Source: a virus (Duplodnaviria; Heunggongvirae; Uroviricota; Caudoviricetes). Taken from it: a stretch of DNA of 64,000 nucleotides. The notes below the pieces were generated by a model. The model ran no database searches, was not told the origin of the DNA, and saw nothing but the letters and a program-made list of their open reading frames with translations. A program made the translations under genes and the position numbers. This document shows positions 58,351 through 64,000 of this stretch, in pieces (position 1 is the stretch's first letter; each line of letters opens with the position of its first letter). Location of the stretch: positions 312,029-376,028 of IMG/VR virus record IMGVR_UViG_3300032007_000003; one strand, 5' to 3'.

Positions 58351-59024
58351 GTGTAAGGAGTGGAAAAGAAACAAAGCGTACCCCAATGGAACTTTATAAG
58401 GGGTATCGTGTTATCAAGGTGACGAAAATCGAATATCATCGTTGCCTTTGGGATGAAAGCCGATTCGATAAAGATTGGATTGATAAGAAAGAAGTGCATT
58501 TTGATTTCTGCAAAGAGGGTAACGAGAAACTCCCATCGCAGGATTATAATGTGCAAGCAAAGAACGTTGAGGGCTGCAAAGAAGCAATAGATAAGTTCCT
58601 CAATGGTGATAACAAGGGTAATGGTGACATCTACTATACTCATGCGGAATTTCAGAAGTATGTTAAATCACCCAATAATAAGTGTGATTATGGCTACGGC
58701 TACGATTCTCTTATGAGAGTGATGCGAGAGCACCAAAAGGCTGATAAGCGTATGAAATGGTTTCTCGAAGAGAGATTGCATGACGCAAATTTCCATCCTG
58801 AGGGCGATATTCTTTCCACTTGTGACTATGCCAAGTTCGAGGAATATGTAACCAATACAAATCCTTTTAAGGAGAAGTTTGAGGTTTATACCAAGACGCT
58901 TAAAAAGCGTATCAAAGACCCAAAGAGCCTTGAAGATGGTTTAAATAAGGTGATTAGCGATTACCTTGCAAGTCAAGGAATAAAAGATACATCTGTGGTG
59001 GTGAGATTCTGTGAAGAATGGTAG
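58347..59024 (+). CDS. Hypothetical protein
   Basis: ATGA overlap. Confidence 0.8.
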   Translation: MSVRSGKETKRTPMELYKGYRVIKVTKIEYHRCLWDESRFDKDWIDKKEVHFDFCKEGNEKLPSQDYNVQAKNVEGCKEAIDKFLNGDNKGNGDIYYTHAEFQKYVKSPNNKCDYGYGYDSLMRVMREHQKADKRMKWFLEERLHDANFHPEGDILSTCDYAKFEEYVTNTNPFKEKFEVYTKTLKKRIKDPKSLEDGLNKVISDYLASQGIKDTSVVVRFCEEW

Positions 59025-59159
59025 CCATAACGAAGTTAAGTATGTGAATGTTTGTTAAGTGGGAAGAGATTATTTTTATATTAATTTCTTCCCATTTTAT
59101 TTGGCTAATTGAAATAAATTCCGTATATTTACACCATAACAATTAAAAGGATATAAGAT

Positions 59160-59381
59160 ATGGATATTAAAGAAGTAAGAAATAATCTCATTAAGGATTT
59201 GGAGAATGAATACACTCCAACTGAAATAGAGTTGATTGACATCCGTTTGGACGAAATCGCTGAAATGGAACACATGAGTCTTGAAGACTTGGACTACTAT
59301 TGCACAGCCAATTCAAGCGAAATGTTTGCTTGCATCTTTGATTATAAGGAGTTTAATAAAAAGAACTTTGAAGTAGATTGA
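59160..59381 (+). CDS. Small acidic hypothetical protein
   Basis: Own promoter. Confidence 0.75.
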   Translation: MDIKEVRNNLIKDLENEYTPTEIELIDIRLDEIAEMEHMSLEDLDYYCTANSSEMFACIFDYKEFNKKNFEVD

Positions 59382-59384
59382 GAC

Positions 59385-59615
59385 ATGAAATACGGAATGA
59401 CAATTGAGTATAACAACTCAGACCCAAAGTATATCAATGACATTACAACTTGGGGTGATGTGTTGGACACTCTCAGACATAGATTAGACCAATTGACAAT
59501 TAGAGTTCACATCTATAAGTGGTCAAGTAATAACAGATGTCTTGGGCATAGATGCGTTACAATGGGCAATCTCTATTTCGTGGCTTGCTCACCAACTGAT
59601 AAGATATTAATATAA
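59385..59615 (+). CDS. Hypothetical protein
   Basis: Packed ORF. Confidence 0.65.
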   Translation: MKYGMTIEYNNSDPKYINDITTWGDVLDTLRHRLDQLTIRVHIYKWSSNNRCLGHRCVTMGNLYFVACSPTDKILI

Positions 59616-59633
59616 ATTTAAAATAAAGTAACA

Positions 59634-59858
59634 ATGAGAAGAATTGCGATTATTGACCATGCGACTCACGAGTTGATGGTTGAAGATGTGAACGAAACCG
59701 AGTTAGAAAAGTATGGCGGTGACGAACAAGCCTACATTGATGACAATTACACCTTTGAGGGTGATTATTCGTGGGACTGGATTACTGATGCCCAATACTT
59801 TAACGAGGATGGTGATATTATTGAGATTGATTTCGATGAAATAGGTGACATTTATTAA
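59634..59858 (+). CDS. Small highly acidic protein
   Basis: D/E-rich, 74 aa. Confidence 0.75.
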   Translation: MRRIAIIDHATHELMVEDVNETELEKYGGDEQAYIDDNYTFEGDYSWDWITDAQYFNEDGDIIEIDFDEIGDIY

Positions 59859-59945
59859 ACGTTAAATCTGAGTTGATTTTTTGGTTAATTCAGATTTTTT
59901 TCGTATATTTGCACCAAGAAATAAATAAATAAAGGAGATTAGATT

Positions 59946-60341
59946 ATGTGGTTTAACAACAAATTCAACAAAGACAACACGATTCACTTTGATGTGGAAG
60001 AGTGGGTTTGCACAGATGTAGACGAATGTCAGTTCTGTAGAAAGATTAGTGATACGGAGTTTGAGTACATTCAGTTGAAGAATGACGATTTGAAGAAATT
60101 CGTTGAGACATTTCACTTGGGCAACAAACATTTGCTTTCAGTTCTGAATGACCGCACCACAATCGCTGATTGGTATCAGAGTGAGACAGATGTGAACGAT
60201 TACGATGCGGAGCAGATTGGTGAGTATCTTTCGCCTTATGGCGGTATTCTTGATGGTGTGACTGATGATGTCGAGCGCAATCAGTTGATTGCAGAGTGTA
60301 TTTTTGAAACTGATGATGTAGCAAACGATTGGTATGAGTAA
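59946..60341 (+). CDS. Acidic hypothetical protein
   Basis: Own promoter; TDVDECQFCRKI...IAECIFET. Confidence 0.8.
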   Translation: MWFNNKFNKDNTIHFDVEEWVCTDVDECQFCRKISDTEFEYIQLKNDDLKKFVETFHLGNKHLLSVLNDRTTIADWYQSETDVNDYDAEQIGEYLSPYGGILDGVTDDVERNQLIAECIFETDDVANDWYE

Positions 60342-60600
60342 GAATGTTAAAGTAGTCTATTATGTGGACATTGACGATAATACGAAGGGGTGTTTGTGTG
60401 CTATTCCGTCTGATAAAGATTTGCGTGATAGCTGCATAATCCAAAAGGTAGCTGATGAAATCAAGTCAGTATTTGAGCCAATACACCAGCTAATGGGAGA
60501 GCATTCTGTTGACCTTGCCAAAGCGGTTTGCCATCATGGATATTCAAATATCTTTGAGTATGAATTTGGCGTTGAAGAAGTGCCACTCATTGAGTGTTAA
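60334..60600 (+). CDS. Hypothetical protein
   Basis: Packed ORF. Confidence 0.7.
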   Translation: MSKNVKVVYYVDIDDNTKGCLCAIPSDKDLRDSCIIQKVADEIKSVFEPIHQLMGEHSVDLAKAVCHHGYSNIFEYEFGVEEVPLIEC

Positions 60601-60679
60601 AAATGTTAATTCCCTTGGTCAATTCAAGGGAATTTCGTATATTTACACCATCAAATAATAATTAAAAGGAGATTAGAAT

Positions 60680-61141
60680 ATGGCAAAGAAGATTTTTACA
60701 AGCAAGATGATTCCCGAACTTGTCTATAAGGTAGTAGGTGAGGATTGGCTTGATGGCAAGACCTATGTGGTTTGTTTCCAAGAAATGAAAGATGGTGATG
60801 GTGATGTTTATCATCTTGAAGTGGAATACCATAAGGATGAGAATAAATTCACTTATACAAGGGTATATGCTTATGAGAATGTTCATACTGCATCCATAAG
60901 TGCTACATTTAAGAATCAGTTTGAGGAATACATCATGCAGCAAGTAGGCGAATTGCGTGAGGGCAGTTTCATCAACGTTCAGAGTGTTCCACTTGAATTG
61001 AAGTTGGAGATACCAAAGGAAACAAGCGTTGGTGAGGTGCATGAGTTCCTAAGAAGCCTTAAATTTGAGGTGGTTCATACAATGACACCAAAAGACGAGA
61101 AAAAGATAAGGATATTGGAGATAAAGAATAAAAAATTGTAA
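60680..61141 (+). CDS. Hypothetical protein
   Basis: Own promoter; AAGGAG. Confidence 0.8.
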   Translation: MAKKIFTSKMIPELVYKVVGEDWLDGKTYVVCFQEMKDGDGDVYHLEVEYHKDENKFTYTRVYAYENVHTASISATFKNQFEEYIMQQVGELREGSFINVQSVPLELKLEIPKETSVGEVHEFLRSLKFEVVHTMTPKDEKKIRILEIKNKKL

Positions 61142-61242
61142 CAATAAAAGTGTGTGGTGTGCGAGTACAAAATATCATTACGATTGAGTACCGCACCCCC
61201 ATAATGGGAAAATTAATATAAAATTAAAATAAAACAAGAACT

Positions 61243-61521
61243 ATGGCAAAGGAGTTAGCAAAGATGCGGTCAATCCGCACAATGCAAGTTGAGGTACGCA
61301 CCTCATTAAACAATCGTGAAGAAGCAAATAAGGCTATTCGTTTGGAGATTGCCCCCATTTGGACACCCAATAAGGAGGAACGCTCAGAACGTTTAACGAA
61401 TCTGACAAAGGCTCTTGTTGAGGGTCGTGCAAAGGTACGTGACTATCAAAAGGGGCTGCGTGAATTGAAGCACGAGTTGAAATCAACAAATCGTGCTTAT
61501 GACCTCTCAAAAGGGGAGTAA
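61243..61521 (+). CDS. Basic coiled-coil hypothetical protein
   Basis: Intact ORF. Confidence 0.75.
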   Translation: MAKELAKMRSIRTMQVEVRTSLNNREEANKAIRLEIAPIWTPNKEERSERLTNLTKALVEGRAKVRDYQKGLRELKHELKSTNRAYDLSKGE

Positions 61522-61615
61522 ATGTTAAAAACACTAAATTAACTGGAGAAATTGGATTAATCGTTTGGTTAATCCAATTTTTTTTCGTATCTTTGCATCA
61601 ATAAAATGAAATAAT

Positions 61616-61906
61616 ATGGAAGAGTGGAAAGTTATAGAGTTTGAACCTCGTTATGAGGTATCTAACATGGGTAGGGTGCGTAATCGTAACACTGGTCGTA
61701 TTCTCACTACCAATCCTACCAAGTCACATAAGAGACCGCAAGTTTGGCTTTACAATGACTATCACGGAACAACTTGTCAGTACTCTCTTGCAAAGGTTGT
61801 GCTTTCTACATTTAATCAGAATGTGGATATGTGGGGTACAAAATGTGTGTATCATCGTGATGGAGACATTATGAATTGCAAATTGGAGAATCTCTATGTA
61901 AAATAA
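61616..61906 (+). CDS. NUMOD4-motif protein with degenerate HNH
   Basis: EEWKVIE..PRYEVSNMGRVRN; HRDGDIMNCKLENL; lacks the usual HRLVA histidine. Confidence 0.75.
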   Translation: MEEWKVIEFEPRYEVSNMGRVRNRNTGRILTTNPTKSHKRPQVWLYNDYHGTTCQYSLAKVVLSTFNQNVDMWGTKCVYHRDGDIMNCKLENLYVK

Positions 61907-61974
61907 TGGAGATTTTCCTTGGCTAATTCAAAATTATTCCGTATATTTACATTGTTAAAACAAAAAGGGTTAAT

Positions 61975-62241
61975 ATGAAGAAAAAATTAGAACAAGAAGT
62001 TAAAAAGATTGACAAGAAGCTTAAGCGTGGCGACAGAATTGAGTTGCTATATGATGGTGAGGAAATTGCTCGTTATGACTTCACAGAGAGGTCTATTGAT
62101 TGCAAGACACCTTTGCAATGGCTGCGTGGCTGCTTTGTATTTGAGATTGACCTTAAGGGTCGTGACATCAGCAAGGTTGCGCTTAAGCATAATAAAGCAA
62201 TCAATCTATCAATTGGTAATTGTGGGATTACTATAATCTAA
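61975..62241 (+). CDS. Hypothetical protein
   Basis: Own promoter. Confidence 0.75.
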   Translation: MKKKLEQEVKKIDKKLKRGDRIELLYDGEEIARYDFTERSIDCKTPLQWLRGCFVFEIDLKGRDISKVALKHNKAINLSIGNCGITII

Positions 62242-62248
62242 AAAGAAT

Positions 62249-62578
62249 ATGGATAAAGAAATTACAATAGGAATTGAGAAATTGATTGCAATGTTTGTCG
62301 TTGCAAAGGGTGAGTTTAATGGTGAAGAGTTTGAATATTTCCCAAAGTTACCAAAGCCATTCAGCGAGAATTTAACAATCAAGTTTACAGAGTGTGTGTT
62401 CAAGGGGGATTTGTTATCACTCCGTGTTAACAACCAATTTGGTGTTGAACTTTGGTTTATTGATAACAATGAGGAACAATACTATTTTGATTGGGAAGCA
62501 ATAAATATGTATGCTCCAACACTTGCAGCAATCGTATTCACGCACATATTTGATATGATTGAGAACATTGAAATCTAA
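62249..62578 (+). CDS. Hypothetical protein
   Basis: Packed ORF. Confidence 0.7.
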   Translation: MDKEITIGIEKLIAMFVVAKGEFNGEEFEYFPKLPKPFSENLTIKFTECVFKGDLLSLRVNNQFGVELWFIDNNEEQYYFDWEAINMYAPTLAAIVFTHIFDMIENIEI

Positions 62579-62639
62579 AAAAATGTTAAAATGAGGAAAA
62601 TTATTTGGTAATTAAAAAAAACAAATATATCTTTGCAAT

Positions 62640-62882
62640 GTCAGCGAGACAGAAATAAAGTAAGGTGATTAGGAATAAAATACCTCCTTTCTGTAAATAG
62701 GTTTTTGATACGTTCCTCTCAAAGATTCTCAGCGGAGAACACCTTACTTTTTCAAGGATATATTTGGAAGATACCAGAGGAGAACTATCCGCAAGGGTAG
62801 ATGTAGACAAATGGGCATTAAGTTCGTGCTTGATGTGCTTCTTCGGAGGCTTCGTGGTGTGCAAATCCCACTCTTCCAACAA
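62640..62882 (+). ncRNA. Candidate two-domain ncRNA with its own promoter; 3' domain tRNA-like
   Basis: 11-bp AAAGTAAGGTG/CACCTTACTTT stem; TTGGAAGA/TCTTCCAA acceptor-like stem, GCAA and TTCG tetraloop hairpins, T-arm-like element. Confidence 0.7.
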
Positions 62883-63033
62883 ATCTAATCTTTTTAATTG
62901 TTACTGATTCTTGTCGTTGTGGGTGATAGCAATTCGGCTATCACCCTAATTTATTTGTTAATATATCTTAATAAGTTTGGTCAATTAAAAATAATTTCGT
63001 ATATTTGCACCATAATTAAAAAGAGAATAAGAT

Positions 63034-63303
63034 ATGGCAAGAAGAAATATTGAGCATTTGTCTCGCATTGTGAGTAGTACAGAGGGCAACGAGGGGAGAA
63101 AAGTATTTCAATTGATTGGTTTCCCTAATGAAAAGGGTGACTACACTTCAAATGTTGTACGTTGTGTTCCCAAATCCATTGCAAAGGCTATGCGCTATTA
63201 TGGTACATTCACAGATGATGAAATAAGGGTTATCAATGCGCTTTCTGTCGGTGCTTATAAGAATTGGGGTGCTGAAAAGTGTATGGTGGTTAGAATAGCA
63301 TGA
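63034..63303 (+). CDS. Hypothetical protein
   Basis: Own promoter. Confidence 0.75.
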   Translation: MARRNIEHLSRIVSSTEGNEGRKVFQLIGFPNEKGDYTSNVVRCVPKSIAKAMRYYGTFTDDEIRVINALSVGAYKNWGAEKCMVVRIA

Positions 63304-63361
63304 TTAAAAAATGGGATAATCTTTTGGTTATCTCAATTTTTTTTCGTATATTTACACAGTT

Positions 63362-64000
63362 ATGTTAAAGAGATTAGAGTATTCAGATTATCAGTTGGAC
63401 ATATTCGATGCAGTAGAGAATGGTAGTGAGAACATTGCCATTAATGCTGTGGCTGGTAGTGGCAAAACCACAACTATTGTTTCCGCTTGCAGACGATTAA
63501 AAGAGAAAGAACGTAATGTTATATTCCTTGCGTTTAATAAACTCATTGTAGAGGAATTAAAGACCAAATTAAAAGGGTTTGCAGAAGTATCTACATTACA
63601 TGCTTTTGGGTATCACATTCTTAAGAAGTATTATAATCACCCTCAATATAAGATGTTTATCAAGGTGGATGATTGGAAGTATCATAAGTATGTGAAACAA
63701 AATGTATTTGGATTATCCAATATAATTACACCAAATACAGACGCTGCAAAGATATTTGGCTTCTGTTGTAATGTATCAAAGTTATATTCACTTGCAAGGG
63801 TTAACCTCATTCAGTATAGTGAAAACAATTTGTCAAAGTTAAGAGAACTATGTGATGAACATAATCTATTGACATTGTATGACGAGGTTGAGGTATGCAA
63901 TGAAATGCTTAAGACAGCATATAAGATGCCACAAGACCTTGTAATTGATTATACGGATATGATTGTATTACCATTGTTCCATAAGGATGCAATACCAACT
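63362..64000 (+). CDS. UvrD/Rep-like SF1 helicase (5' part; runs off the window)
   Basis: Hand translation: YQLDIF...NAVAGSGKTTT (Walker A), LAFNK, STLHAFG, IDYTDMI. Confidence 0.88.
   Translation, partial: MLKRLEYSDYQLDIFDAVENGSENIAINAVAGSGKTTTIVSACRRLKEKERNVIFLAFNKLIVEELKTKLKGFAEVSTLHAFGYHILKKYYNHPQYKMFIKVDDWKYHKYVKQNVFGLSNIITPNTDAAKIFGFCCNVSKLYSLARVNLIQYSENNLSKLRELCDEHNLLTLYDEVEVCNEMLKTAYKMPQDLVIDYTDMIVLPLFHKDAIPT

Larger units (their letters stand above)
43900..63360 (+). promoter_or_regulatory. Array of about 29 Bacteroidota sigma-type promoters (TTTG-N19/20-TAnnTTTG/A)
   Basis: -7 boxes at 43927, 44443, 44882, 46794, 47409, 48322, 48731, 49432, 50357, 51057, 51363, 52296, 52667, 53783, 54340, 55270, 55832, 56645, 57108, 57707, 58076, 59124, 59904, 60638, 61588, 61942, 62628, 63000, 63347. 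Confidence 0.85.

Noticed and set aside
62765-62879. tRNA-Sec, because of the GGAAGA/TCTTCC acceptor
   Set aside because: No UCA anticodon loop or selC-type D arm; kept only as tRNA-like
806-62882. Most other minus-strand and nested ORFs in the track (e.g. 837-1265, 9549-9878, 33218-33538, 45264-45554, 58218-58643, 62601-62882)
   Set aside because: They overlap better-supported plus-strand genes or RNAs and have implausible composition
43900-63360. Integron with attC sites (GTTAA resembles GTTRRRY)
   Set aside because: No integrase in the window, no consistent RYYYAAC...GTTRRRY hairpin per cassette, and each cassette carries its own promoter, unlike typical integron cassettes
1-64000. TAG-to-Gln recoding as in Lak and some crAss-like phages
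   Set aside because: Genes read intact in code 11, and TAG behaves as a real stop (23801, 39446, 49292, 50146, 59024), followed by terminators or new starts
1-64000. DGR template repeat or reverse transcriptase
   Set aside because: No AAC-rich copy of 23889-24090 and no RT motifs were seen by eye in this window

Overview
This is an AT-rich, densely coded 64 kb segment of a large (probably jumbo) lytic dsDNA phage of a Bacteroidota host, likely Prevotella/Bacteroides-like. It uses the standard genetic code. The host inference rests on about 47 copies of the Bacteroidota housekeeping promoter (TTTG-N19/20-TAnnTTTG/A), Bacteroidota-type lipoproteins and a CLec-type DGR-target protein. No capsid, tail or polymerase genes were recognised; a UvrD-like helicase starts at the right edge. 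Layout: (1) 1-40.5 kb is a + strand accessory region of small ORFs, with two expanded paralog families, NADAR, an RNA ligase, GNAT, Hsp20, a metallophosphoesterase, NadD, TIGR02452/PARG, NUMOD4-HNH, YqeY, tRNA-Cys and a two-gene minus-strand island holding a probable DGR target. (2) 40.5-40.9 kb is an intergenic region with a 22-bp direct repeat and a long hairpin, where strand G/C skew flips (candidate origin). (3) 42.2-43.3 kb has five same-strand 16-bp semi-palindromic repeats bracketing small genes. (4) 43.9-63.4 kb is an array of about 29 promoter-led cassettes of mostly one to three genes (putative early/host-takeover region), with DUF932, GIY-YIG, Gp88-like, tRNA-Leu and several highly structured non-coding RNAs, some tRNA-like. 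All family calls come from motif recognition by eye, not database searches.
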